A stretch of DNA of 64,000 nucleotides from positions 1 through 64,000 of the forward strand of contig JANOTL010000130.1 in assembly GCA_031416315.1 (NCBI GenBank). The letters run 5' to 3'. Position 1 is the first letter of the stretch. Every line of letters begins with the position of its first letter. A program made the position numbers and the translations under genes. Positions 54,630 through 63,879 of the stretch are shown here, one piece after another. The notes under the pieces were generated by a model, which saw only the letters and a list, made by a program, of their open reading frames with translations, was not told the origin of the DNA and ran no database searches. Source of the DNA: Pseudomonadota bacterium (GTDB taxonomy: Bacteria; Bdellovibrionota_B; Oligoflexia; Oligoflexales; CAIYRB01).

Positions 54630-56459
54630 ATGCTCGACCGCCTCACACTGACCTTTCCGAAGTTCGCTCGCCTCGTTTCCACGGGCAGCGAGGCCGCGGC
54701 GCGCGTGGACCAGGTGAAGTACGTCCGCCTGACCAACTCGTGCGCCGTCTTTACTCTCGTTATCAGCGTGATTTACGCCGCGTATTTTGCCGCGCTCGGC
54801 GCCTGGGGGCCCGTCCTCCTCGAGGCCCTGATGGTCGCGATGGGCGTTCTGGCCTTGCGCCTCAACGCCCGAGGGCGAACGTACGCAGCGCGTCACGTCT
54901 TGCTCTTGGCCGCCAACCTGGTGACCTACGTCTTCGCCTCCTGGCAAGGCCACGCATCCCAGATCCACCTGATTTATCTCGCGCTTCTTGCTTACTCGGT
55001 GATGCTCTTCGCGCCGAGGGACTGGCGCCACGTCGTCGCCTGCCTGTCGCACCAGCTGGTCGCGTTCTTCGTCCTGCTGTATGCGCCCGGCGCGCACGAA
55101 TTTTCGCTGTTCGGCGCGGCGCCGGAGCACCTGATCCGCAGCAACGCGGTCGTCTCGGTCCTGATCACCGCCGGGCTGATCCTCTCGACCTTCGTCACCT
55201 ACTCGGTCTCCATTCATCGCTCCGAGGCGCGCGCGGAAGCCGCGCTCTTGCGCCTCGACCGCGAGATGGATCTCGTCCAGCTTCTCCAGGACGTCGCCAT
55301 CATCGCCAACAGCGCCACCGAGCTGGGGAAAGCGGCGAACTCTGCCGCCGAGCGCATCAAGCGCGTCACCGGCTGGGGCCTCGGCCGCTTCACGCCCCTG
55401 AACGGCGAGCGCCGGGCTTCCTGCGGCCTAGAGCGCGACTGCGCCGCCAGCGCGCGCTCCGTCTGGCGTCGGCGCGGCTCGGCCCAGGACCCGAGCTGGT
55501 GCGAGGCCTGCCGTCAGGCCTTCGGCCCGGGGCCCGTGCCCCTCATGCTGGTCACCGTGCCGATCGTCGCCGGCCGCGACGCCACGATCGCGATGCTGCA
55601 ATTCACCAACGATGGCCCCGTGCCGCCCTCGACGGAGATGCTCGCCAACCTAGACAACATGGGTCGCCAGCTCGGGATGATCTTCGAGCGTCGCCGCGCC
55701 CAGGACGAGGTCGCCGAAAGCCACGTCAAGATGATCGCTGCCGCGAAGATGGCGACGCTCGGCGAGATGGCCGGCGGCATAGCCCACGAGATCAATAACC
55801 CTCTGTCCGTGATCCAGGGCTACCTCGCGCGCATCCGCCGCGGCATCGAGTGGCCCGATGCGCGCGAGCGCACCGAAGAATCGATCGCCGAGATCAACGC
55901 GACCCTCATGCGCATCACGCGGATCGTCAACGGGCTCCGCGCCTTCGCCCGCGACTCGACCGCCGACCCGTTCGAGCCGGTCAAGATTCAGCGCGTCATG
56001 GCCGACACCCTCGCCCTTTCCGCCGAGCGTTTCCGCAGCCGGGGCATCGCCTTAGCCGTCGAGCCGGTCGATCCGGCGCTCGAGCTCGAATGCCGGCCCT
56101 CGCAGATCTCGCAGGTGCTGATCAATCTCCTCAACAACGCCTTCGACGCCGTCCAGGAGGGCCGCGCTCGCGGCTCGAAGCGCGTCAGCCTCGCGACGCG
56201 CGACCGCGGCGACACGGTCGAGCTCGTCGTCGAGGACGACGGTCCCGGCATCCCCACCGACGTCCGAGAGAAAGTGCTTCTGCCGTTCTTCACGACCAAG
56301 CCCGTCGGTCGCGGCACCGGCCTCGGCCTCTCGATCTCCAAAGGGATCGTCGAGAGTCACACCGGAACGCTGGAGTTCTGGTCCGAGCCGGGAGCGACGC
56401 GATTCGTCGTCACTCTACCGAAAACTCAAGAATTCCACGACGACGGCAAGGGCGGCTAG
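54630..56459 (+). CDS. Membrane sensor histidine kinase (TM helices + GAF-like + HisKA + HATPase)
   Basis: About six TM segments; GIAHEINNPL, QVLINLLNNA, DDGPGI, PFFTTK, GTGLGL. Start is uncertain (54585 TTG or 54630 ATG). Confidence 0.92.
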   Translation: MLDRLTLTFPKFARLVSTGSEAAARVDQVKYVRLTNSCAVFTLVISVIYAAYFAALGAWGPVLLEALMVAMGVLALRLNARGRTYAARHVLLLAANLVTYVFASWQGHASQIHLIYLALLAYSVMLFAPRDWRHVVACLSHQLVAFFVLLYAPGAHEFSLFGAAPEHLIRSNAVVSVLITAGLILSTFVTYSVSIHRSEARAEAALLRLDREMDLVQLLQDVAIIANSATELGKAANSAAERIKRVTGWGLGRFTPLNGERRASCGLERDCAASARSVWRRRGSAQDPSWCEACRQAFGPGPVPLMLVTVPIVAGRDATIAMLQFTNDGPVPPSTEMLANLDNMGRQLGMIFERRRAQDEVAESHVKMIAAAKMATLGEMAGGIAHEINNPLSVIQGYLARIRRGIEWPDARERTEESIAEINATLMRITRIVNGLRAFARDSTADPFEPVKIQRVMADTLALSAERFRSRGIALAVEPVDPALELECRPSQISQVLINLLNNAFDAVQEGRARGSKRVSLATRDRGDTVELVVEDDGPGIPTDVREKVLLPFFTTKPVGRGTGLGLSISKGIVESHTGTLEFWSEPGATRFVVTLPKTQEFHDDGKGG

Positions 56460-56652
56460 CGGTGGCGAACATGAGGCTAAGGGGAACCCACCATCTTAAG
56501 GTGGGTGCCATCTTCCAGTCACATCAGGCTTCCCCCTACTTGCCTTGTGCTCCGTGAAGAGCTCGGCGGAGGGCTTGCACACCGTGAAAGGATCTGGCTC
56601 CCTAATTTATATGTATCGGTTCTCCAGCTAAACATGCCCGCCACCGCGAGCC
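56454..56652 (-). ncRNA. ssrS: 6S RNA
   Basis: About 200 nt. The termini pair (GGCUCGCGGUGGCGGGCAUG with CAUGUUCGCCACCGCUAGCC). Contains 6S-typical segments GAACCGAUA..UAGGGAGC, GGUGUGCA, AAGCCUGA and CACCCACC..GGGUUC around an AU-rich central bubble. Confidence 0.85.
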
Positions 56653-56658
56653 AAATCC

Positions 56659-56687
56659 AATATAGCACGCTGGCGGCATTTGCAAAA
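56659..56687 (-). promoter_or_regulatory. Promoter for the 6S RNA
   Basis: Extended -10 TGCTATATT, 6 nt before the predicted RNA 5' end, with TTGCAA-like sequence upstream. Confidence 0.6.
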
Positions 56688-56735
56688 CGGGAACACACGC
56701 TTGTCTTTGCGCAAAAACCGCGCGACAAGCTCTCC

Positions 56736-57593
56736 ATGAATGAGGACTTGACCCAGCGTCGCGCCGCCGTTTTCGTCGTCGCCACGCCCATCGGAAATTT
56801 GGACGACATGACCCCGCGGGCGCGCCGCACGCTGGAGAACGCCGATCTGATCGCGGCCGAGGACACGCGTCATGCGCGCAAGCTTCTGACCCTCCTCGGG
56901 ATCTCCGGCAAGAACTTGGTCAGTTACCAGGACCACGGCGAAGAGCAGCGCGCAGCGGCGCTCCTCGACCGCATCGTCGAGAACGGCCTGTCGCTCGCCC
57001 TGGTCTCCGACGCCGGAACGCCCTGCGTCTCGGACCCCGGCTACCGCATCGTCAGCCAGGCTCGCGCCCGCGGGATCTCCGTCCATCCGGTCCCGGGCGT
57101 CTCGGCCGTCACGACGCTCGTCAGCGCCGCGGGCCTGCCGTGCGACCGTTTCACGTTCATCGGCTTTCTGCCGGCGCGCGCCGTCGCGTTGCAGCAGGAG
57201 CTCGAATCTTGGCAGCCCGCGAGCGCGATCGTCTTCTTCGAGTCGGCGCGCCGCTTGAAATCGACCTTGGCGGTGATCGCCGCCGTGCATCCCGGCGCGC
57301 GCATCGCCATCGGTCGCGAGCTGACGAAGCTCCACGAGGAGATCGTCACCCTTCCGATCGCGGAGGCGATGCTGTGGGTGGAGTCGCACGCGACCTTGAA
57401 AGGCGAAGCGACGTGCATGATCTCGATCCCCGAGATGGCGCTCGGGGAGGGGGTCGACGCGGACGCGCTTCTCGACGAGGCGCGGGCGGGCTTCGCGCGC
57501 GGCGCGACCTTGAAAGACCTCCTGCGCTCGATGAAGGATCGCGGCTTGAAACGAACCGAATTGTATCAACTGCTTCTTAAGGCACGACAATAG
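56736..57593 (+). CDS. rsmI: 16S rRNA (cytidine1402-2'-O)-methyltransferase
   Basis: VATPIGNL, AAEDTR, LVSDAGTP, SDPG, RELTKLHEE. Confidence 0.95.
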   Translation: MNEDLTQRRAAVFVVATPIGNLDDMTPRARRTLENADLIAAEDTRHARKLLTLLGISGKNLVSYQDHGEEQRAAALLDRIVENGLSLALVSDAGTPCVSDPGYRIVSQARARGISVHPVPGVSAVTTLVSAAGLPCDRFTFIGFLPARAVALQQELESWQPASAIVFFESARRLKSTLAVIAAVHPGARIAIGRELTKLHEEIVTLPIAEAMLWVESHATLKGEATCMISIPEMALGEGVDADALLDEARAGFARGATLKDLLRSMKDRGLKRTELYQLLLKARQ

Positions 57594-57599
57594 TACGCG

Positions 57600-57628
57600 T
57601 TGACAAAGCCGACCCGCAGTTATAACTC
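57600..57628 (+). promoter_or_regulatory. Possible sigma70 promoter
   Basis: Perfect TTGACA followed by TATAAC with a short (15 nt) spacer. Confidence 0.4.
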
Positions 57629-57677
57629 TTTGGCGATTTCTAACTAGCAGTTCTCGTCGTCTCAAAGGGGGTTCCAG

Positions 57678-58499
57678 ATGCGTCGTTCCATGTTGTTGGC
57701 TGCCGCTGGCATTGCCATGTCTTTCGCCTCGGCAGCCGTCGCCGCGGATCAGTGGACGGATGCCGACACGTTCTACGCCGCCCGCGAAAATAACCGCGCC
57801 AACATCGCGGAAGCCCGGTCGCGCTACGTCACGATTCTGAGCGCCGCGACGACGAATGCCGACAAGCTCCGTGCCGCCTCGCAGCTCGGCCGCCTCGCGA
57901 TCTACGAGGGCGAGATGGTGCTCCCGAAGGACAACACCACCGAGCGCAAGGCGATCTTCCGCGATTGCTGGGACAACTTCGCCGAGAAGATCAACCCGAC
58001 CGCCGTCGGCGAGAACGCGGCCTACTACTATTTCAAAGGCGTTTGCCTCGCGTACTGGGGCGAGGCCGCTGGCCCGCTCGCTTCTTTGCCGCACGTCCCG
58101 ACCTTGAATCGCATGATCGAAGGCGGCGTTCGGGTCGACGAGCGCTTCGAAGGCGCCGGCGTCCATCGCCTTGCCGCCGGCGTGTACTCGAACCGCGCGG
58201 CCCGTGGCGTCGGCCTCTACCAGCCCGAGCGCGCCGTCAACCACGCCGAGCGCATGGTCACGCTCCCGGCTTTCCCGGGCGACCCGTCGAGCGGCGCCGA
58301 GTACTACGACAACTGGCGCGGCCTCGGCCTGGTCTATGAAGAAGTCGGCCGCGTCGAAGACGCCAAGTCGACGCTGGAAGAGAAGATCGCCGAGCTCGAG
58401 GAGCTCGTCCTGGCCAACACCCTCCCCGCCGGCCGCGGCCCCGAGGCGAAGTGGAACTTGAGCCAGATGCAAGAGCAGCTCGCGCGCCTCAGCCAGTAA
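57678..58499 (+). CDS. Secreted TPR-like protein (TatT-like)
   Basis: Signal peptide ending AVA; helical repeats AYYYFKGVCLAYWGE and DERFEGAGVHRLAAGVY. Confidence 0.65.
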   Translation: MRRSMLLAAAGIAMSFASAAVAADQWTDADTFYAARENNRANIAEARSRYVTILSAATTNADKLRAASQLGRLAIYEGEMVLPKDNTTERKAIFRDCWDNFAEKINPTAVGENAAYYYFKGVCLAYWGEAAGPLASLPHVPTLNRMIEGGVRVDERFEGAGVHRLAAGVYSNRAARGVGLYQPERAVNHAERMVTLPAFPGDPSSGAEYYDNWRGLGLVYEEVGRVEDAKSTLEEKIAELEELVLANTLPAGRGPEAKWNLSQMQEQLARLSQ

Positions 58500-58526
58500 G
58501 CTTTCGCGCCATTTCCGAATGATCCG

Positions 58527-58566
58527 GCGCTCGCGCGTCTCTTCCAGACGCGCGGGCGCTTCGTCT
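58527..58566 (+). terminator. Strong intergenic hairpin (terminator or mRNA stabiliser)
   Basis: GCGCTCGCGCGTCT-CTTCC-AGACGCGCGGGCGC with a weak T tail. Confidence 0.5.
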
Positions 58567-58596
58567 CTCGATCCATTTCAACGGAGCCCGTGCCCC

Positions 58597-59820
58597 ATGC
58601 GGACTTTCACGTATCTCGTCCTATCGGTCCTCGCCGTCGCGCCCGAAGCCCTCGCGTTCGAGAACGCCAAGGTCTTGCCGCCCGGCGTGCGCAACCTCAA
58701 CGTTCGCCAGGTGAACACCAACATCTCGGCGAAGACCGACGGCAACGCCGACGCGCAGCCTTTGGCCCAGCCCTTGATGCAAGACCTCACCTTCGCGAAG
58801 ATCGCGCAGGGCGAGAACGATCTCAAGGCCGCGCAGCTGAAGGCCTTTCTGCTCACCAACGGCTTCGACGAGAACGCCGCCGTCGGCTCTTTCGTGGCCG
58901 ACCTCAAGGGCAACCTCGCGGTCACGGCCGGCATTGCTTCCTACGGCGTCTCCTCCAACGTGACGTTGGCGCTCGCGGTGCCGTACTACCGCGCCTCGAC
59001 CTCGCTCGCCGTCGGCTTCGTGCCGAACGCGACCGGACAGGCCTTTCTCGACAGCCTCGCGAAGCCGGAAAACAACAACACCGTCTCGGCCCGTGAGGCC
59101 GGCGCCAAGCTCAATGACGCCGTCGGGCGTTTGAACACCAAGCTTGCCGACAACGGGTACCGTGAGCTGGAGAACTGGAACGACCGCGGCTTAGGCGACG
59201 TCACCCTCGCCGCCAAGGCCCGCGTCTACGAAAGTGGCGGCGTCGCCTTGGCCACCACCTCGGGCTTCGTCGCGCCGACGGGCCGCGTCGACGATCCGAA
59301 CATCCTGAACGACGTGGCCTTCGGCGACGGCCAGTGGGACGTTTTCGGCCAGCTCGCGCTCGACGAGGACTTGGGCCTGGGCTTCGGCCTAAACCAGTTC
59401 GCGAAGTACACGGTGCAGCTCCCGGCGGAGCGCCAAGTGCGCGCGGCGACCAAGGCCGAGTCGATCGAGGTCGACCTCGTCAAAGCCGACGTCAAGCTCG
59501 GCGACAAGTACGATGCCGGCGCCTCCCTCCAGTACGGCGCAGGCAACGGCTTCCTCGCCGGCGTCGGCGGCACCTACTTCAAGAAAGTCGGCGACGTGTA
59601 CCGCGGCCTCGAGCCGGACGTGAAGGCAAAGCTCCAGGACGGCACCGACCAGCAAGCGTTGAACTCGGAGCTCTGCGTCGGCTTCAGCACCGTCCCGCAC
59701 TACCAAGCCAAGCGTTTTGCGATCCCCTTCGAAGTGAAGATGACCTACGCGAAGCAGGCGATGAGCCGGAACATGCCGATCACCGACCTCGCCCAGATCG
59801 ACCTCAACCTGTTCTTCTGA
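58597..59820 (+). CDS. Outer-membrane beta-barrel (MetA-pathway/SphA-like transporter)
   Basis: Signal peptide; GLGDVTLAAK, APTG, FGDGQWD; C-terminal Phe. Confidence 0.7.
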   Translation: MRTFTYLVLSVLAVAPEALAFENAKVLPPGVRNLNVRQVNTNISAKTDGNADAQPLAQPLMQDLTFAKIAQGENDLKAAQLKAFLLTNGFDENAAVGSFVADLKGNLAVTAGIASYGVSSNVTLALAVPYYRASTSLAVGFVPNATGQAFLDSLAKPENNNTVSAREAGAKLNDAVGRLNTKLADNGYRELENWNDRGLGDVTLAAKARVYESGGVALATTSGFVAPTGRVDDPNILNDVAFGDGQWDVFGQLALDEDLGLGFGLNQFAKYTVQLPAERQVRAATKAESIEVDLVKADVKLGDKYDAGASLQYGAGNGFLAGVGGTYFKKVGDVYRGLEPDVKAKLQDGTDQQALNSELCVGFSTVPHYQAKRFAIPFEVKMTYAKQAMSRNMPITDLAQIDLNLFF

Positions 59821-59830
59821 GAAGAAAAAC

Positions 59831-61771
59831 ATGAAATATATCATTAGTTTGACCTTAATCTGCGCGGCCGCTCTCGCTGGCTGCGAAAGCGCCAACAACG
59901 AAAAGCGGCTTACGGCGACCCCGCAACCTCGCGGCACGCTCCGTCTGCCCGAGCCCACCGATCAAGGAGCGCCATTGGCGCTGACCGGCGGCGAGCTCGC
60001 GACGCAGTTCGGCGGCAGCCTGCTTTTCTGGGCGGACGGCGTCTCGAAAGAGCAGATCGCCGCGATCTCCGACGCCTCGGTCGAAGGCCGCCTGGCGAAG
60101 GCCGCGGACATGGATTACCGCTTCGCGACGCTGAAGCTCACCGACGCGAAGATCGCCACGCTCGAAGGCGAGATCACGGCCGTCGACGCCGCGATTCAAC
60201 AAGCGAAGCTCGACAACCGCGACTCCGACTTCGCGCGGGACCTGCAGAAAGGCCTCGCGGCCCGCTGGTTCGAGCGGCGCGTCGAGGAGCTCCAGACGGC
60301 GGGCGTCGTCGATGCCGCCGCCGGCGCCGCGGCCCTTGGCGCGTTCCAAGGTTACTGCGAGTTCAAGCTTTACGAGCTCGCGACGAGCCGTTTGATCCAG
60401 CTCGACTACGCAAAGAGGCCGACGCCGCTCTCGATGTGCGAGGCTTATTATGCCTCGCGCCAAATGTTCACGGGACCGAGCTGCGAAGGCGGCCAAGGCA
60501 AGTACTTCGCCTGCCTGTGGCAGGAAGGCGTGGTGAAATCACAGACCTTCGCCGCGCTCGAAGCGCACAATCCCACGGGCGCGGACTGCGCTAAGAGCGG
60601 CCAGAAGCGCGCGGCGGCGCTCCGCGCCTGGCTCGCGAGCGGTACGCTCGAGCGGCTCGTCTTCGACAACGACGAGAAGCCGATCGACCGCAAGACTTAC
60701 GCGCAGCTCTTTGAGGCCGCTTTTCTCGGCGGCAAAGCGCTCAACATGACCAAGATCAGCCTCAAGAAGGTGGACGGCCAAGCCGTCTACCCAGACGTCG
60801 CCGCTTGCAAGTCGGTCGTCATCCGCGCCGATCTCGGCGCCCTGACCTGGACGGAAGCCGAGCTCGGCGATCTGAAGGCGATCGGCGAGTCCGCTGCCGG
60901 TCAGGCGCAGAAGTACACGATTTTTGCGGCCTTCGAGGGTGAGGCGGCCGAGACTGCGGAGCCGAAGCAGGCGGTGATCGAGAACCTCCGCCTTTACGCC
61001 GAGCGCAACACCGGCTCGCTCGGCGACCAGGCCGACGTCCTCGTCAGCGTCGACGACGCCTTCTTCAACCGACCGATCGACCTGGCCCTGGTCGCCAACG
61101 CGCAAAACGTCGCCAACGTGAAGAGTGATGCCGCCTTCGCCGAGCTCTTCGCCATCGACGATCAACTCGTCCCCCAGGAGCTGCGCGACCAGCTCGCGAC
61201 GCTGGCCGAGAACGCCACGGCGCTCCAGGCGCAAAGGGACCTCGAGGCCGCCGAGGCGGCTGTCCGCTTTCAACGCATCAGCGACGCCAACGTCGCCGGC
61301 ATCAACGCGCTCGGCGCGCCAGGCGCCCTGGAGATGTCGCGCAAGCTCGTCCTTGGCCTCGTCACCGACGGCGCCGTTCTGAGCGCGAGCTTTCAAGTCG
61401 GCGGCGGCACGAAGTACCGCGGCTGCGTCGATCTCGCGTCCGGCCTCCCGGTCGCCTGCGGCGACGCCGATCCGAGCGACGCCCTCCTGCAGGGATTAGC
61501 CTACGATTCGGGCACCGGCAAAGTGACGCTCTCGGGCGTGCTGCTCGATCCGGAGGCAGCCGGCTTCGGCTTCCGCGCGCGCGCTCCGGGCGACACGGAC
61601 TTCAACGACAGGGACGCGAGCCAGTATGCCTCGCGCACCTTGCGGCTCGAGATTTACGCCAACCGCATCGGCGAGCGTTTCCAGTTCCTCAGCGGCAACG
61701 CCAAGCTGGAGGCGGCGTCGGGCAAGGTCGAGCGGGAAGGCAGCTTCTCCGCCGACGCTTATCGCCAGTGA
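59831..61771 (+). CDS. Large hypothetical lipoprotein
   Basis: Lipobox LAGC; two coiled-coil segments flank a Cys-containing insert. Confidence 0.75.
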   Translation: MKYIISLTLICAAALAGCESANNEKRLTATPQPRGTLRLPEPTDQGAPLALTGGELATQFGGSLLFWADGVSKEQIAAISDASVEGRLAKAADMDYRFATLKLTDAKIATLEGEITAVDAAIQQAKLDNRDSDFARDLQKGLAARWFERRVEELQTAGVVDAAAGAAALGAFQGYCEFKLYELATSRLIQLDYAKRPTPLSMCEAYYASRQMFTGPSCEGGQGKYFACLWQEGVVKSQTFAALEAHNPTGADCAKSGQKRAAALRAWLASGTLERLVFDNDEKPIDRKTYAQLFEAAFLGGKALNMTKISLKKVDGQAVYPDVAACKSVVIRADLGALTWTEAELGDLKAIGESAAGQAQKYTIFAAFEGEAAETAEPKQAVIENLRLYAERNTGSLGDQADVLVSVDDAFFNRPIDLALVANAQNVANVKSDAAFAELFAIDDQLVPQELRDQLATLAENATALQAQRDLEAAEAAVRFQRISDANVAGINALGAPGALEMSRKLVLGLVTDGAVLSASFQVGGGTKYRGCVDLASGLPVACGDADPSDALLQGLAYDSGTGKVTLSGVLLDPEAAGFGFRARAPGDTDFNDRDASQYASRTLRLEIYANRIGERFQFLSGNAKLEAASGKVEREGSFSADAYRQ

Positions 61772-61847
61772 TCCTGGCTTATGGGTCGGGCAAGCGAAAA
61801 TGATGAAAAGATCTTGCGGCCACGGTCTTTTGCGCTAGATTGTTCCC

Positions 61848-61932
61848 ACGAATTGAATCTGTTTTGACGACACCCCCCCTATCATGTCGTCAAGTCTCAT
61901 GAAGGCCCATCCCCCCGGATGGGCCTTTCTTT
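61848..61932 (+). ncRNA. Candidate small RNA with two C-rich-loop hairpins
   Basis: TTGCGG-16-TAGATT promoter-like element, a 9-bp hairpin with a C7 loop, then a terminator hairpin with a C-rich loop. Confidence 0.45.
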
Positions 61933-61933
61933 G
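61902..61933 (+). terminator. Intrinsic terminator
   Basis: AAGGCCCATCC-CCCC-GGATGGGCCTT followed by TCTTT. Confidence 0.8.
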
Positions 61934-61967
61934 TCTGCCATCCCCTCCGCGCCCTTCGCGCCGTCGC

Positions 61968-63521
61968 TTATGACCCGATGGCCTTCTTTTTGGCCAAATC
62001 GAGCACATGCCCCGCCTTGTCCTCGTCCGGCTTCGTATTCGCCTCGGTGATCCCGGCCGTCGACGAGATCTCTCCGTCTGCCGGAGGGTCGCCGATCTCG
62101 CCGTTCGGAAAGAGCTTGTTCAACGCGTTGAACGCCGCGATGCGATACGCCTCGGCCAAGGTCGGGTAGTTGAACACCATGTCGACCAAGTCCTGCGCAT
62201 GGCCGCCCTTCTGCATGAAGGCCAGGCCGATGTGGATCAAGTTGCAGGCGTCGTGGCCAAGGATGTGAAGACCCAAGATCTTGTGGGTTTTCGAGCACAC
62301 CAGAAGCTTCAGTAGACCGTGGTCGTCGCCGCGGATGAAGCCCCTCGCGACTTCGGCGTAATGCGCCCGACCGACGACGAACTCGACGCCTTTGGTGATG
62401 AGGTCTTGCTCCGACTCGCCGACGCTCGAAAGCTCGGGGATCGTATAGATGCCGATCGGAAAGACCTTCGGGAAAGCCTGCACGCGTTGCCCGAACATGT
62501 GGCAGGCCGCGTGCCGACCTTGCGCGGCGGAGGTCGCGGCCAAGGCGGGGGAGCCGATGTTGTCGCCCGCGGCGTAGATGTTCGGGATGTTGGTCTGGAA
62601 GTTGTCGTTGACGACGATCTCGCCGCGATCGGTGGCCTTGATCCCAAGGCGCTCGAGGCCCAGGCGATCGGTGTTCGGCACCCGTCCGGCGGCGAAGAAG
62701 AGGACCTCGGCCTCGAGGTTCGCGTCGTTCTCCAGCTTCAGCAAGGTCGAGGCGCCGCGGATCTTCACTTCCTTGTACTTCGAGCCAAGGACAAACTTGA
62801 TGCCGATCTCTTCCATCGCCGCCTTCAGGGCGAGCGCGGCCTCCTGATCGACGTACTGCATGATCGTGCCGCGGCCGTCGATCAGCGTCGTGTCGACGCC
62901 GAGGAGGCGCAGGATGCAGGCGTATTCGCAGCCGATGACGCCGGCGCCGTAGATCAAGACCGACTTCGGCACGGCCTCGAGCCGGAGGACCTCGTCGGCG
63001 TCGACGACGCGCCAGCCGTCGAACGGAATCTCCGCCGGGCGTCGCGGGCGCGACCCGGTGGCGATCAAGATGTGCTTGCCGCGCACGAGGCGCGCGTTCG
63101 AGTCGGGCTGCGCGACGCGCACCGTCCAACGGTCCTCGAGCGTCGCGAAGCCCTCGATGATCTCGATTTTGTAGCGCTCGAAGTAGCGTCGAACGATGCC
63201 TTCCTCGTACTGCGACACCTTGAGCGCGTGACCCAGGAGCTTCGGCGTCGACAGGTCGCGGATGATGCGCTCGACCCATTTGCTGCCGGCGTGAAAGCGG
63301 ATCGAGTGGATCGCCTCCATGCTTTCCCGCAAAGTTTTCGAGGGAATCGTGCCGGTGTGGATCCAGGCGCCGCCGAGGCGTGAGGGCGTCATCTCGACGA
63401 CGGCGACGGACTTCGACAGCTTCGCGGCCTGCACCGCGGCGCGATAGCCGGCCGGTCCGGAGCCGATGATGACGAGATCGTATTCCTGAACGGGGAGTGA
63501 TTCGTTCGGAGCATCGGCCAT
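61968..63521 (-). CDS. sthA: Soluble pyridine nucleotide transhydrogenase
   Basis: GSGPAG, TGTIPSKTLRE, ATGSRP, GAGVIGCEYA, GIYTIPE, VFNYPTLAEAYRIAAFN. Confidence 0.9.
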   Translation of the reverse strand: MADAPNESLPVQEYDLVIIGSGPAGYRAAVQAAKLSKSVAVVEMTPSRLGGAWIHTGTIPSKTLRESMEAIHSIRFHAGSKWVERIIRDLSTPKLLGHALKVSQYEEGIVRRYFERYKIEIIEGFATLEDRWTVRVAQPDSNARLVRGKHILIATGSRPRRPAEIPFDGWRVVDADEVLRLEAVPKSVLIYGAGVIGCEYACILRLLGVDTTLIDGRGTIMQYVDQEAALALKAAMEEIGIKFVLGSKYKEVKIRGASTLLKLENDANLEAEVLFFAAGRVPNTDRLGLERLGIKATDRGEIVVNDNFQTNIPNIYAAGDNIGSPALAATSAAQGRHAACHMFGQRVQAFPKVFPIGIYTIPELSSVGESEQDLITKGVEFVVGRAHYAEVARGFIRGDDHGLLKLLVCSKTHKILGLHILGHDACNLIHIGLAFMQKGGHAQDLVDMVFNYPTLAEAYRIAAFNALNKLFPNGEIGDPPADGEISSTAGITEANTKPDEDKAGHVLDLAKKKAIGS

Positions 63522-63879
63522 GGAAGAGGATCCTCGGGAGGGAGCGCGTGTCAGACTTCCCGCATGAGCTGGACGCGGTCGTCGTCGTCGATGCGCTCGT
63601 CGGACTTCGGTGGGCGGTGATCTCCGCGACGGCGTTAGCGATCGTGGATGTCCTCACTACATATTACACCACTGGACTATTGGATTACGGCCAAGCGCTC
63701 GGGCTCGTCCCGGCGTGTCTCATCCATGCCGCGCCGGTCCGGCTCGGCTCGGTTCGGCGCGGCGTCGCGACGGCCCGTCTTAATCCTTCGCAGATCATTC
63801 AATTTTCTCGCAAAGCTTGTTAGAATCCCCCCACGACACCAAGCGACACCTTTGAAATTGCATTGCGAGAGCTGTACGG

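Noticed and set aside
56505..56735. N-terminal extension of RsmI
   Set aside because: It overlaps the 6S RNA and its promoter, and its codon usage is non-coding.
63550..63660. Short coding-looking stretch upstream of sthA (minus strand, ..KSDERIDDDDRVQLMREV)
   Set aside because: An in-frame TAA precedes it and there is no usable start codon, so neither a gene nor a pseudogene can be supported.
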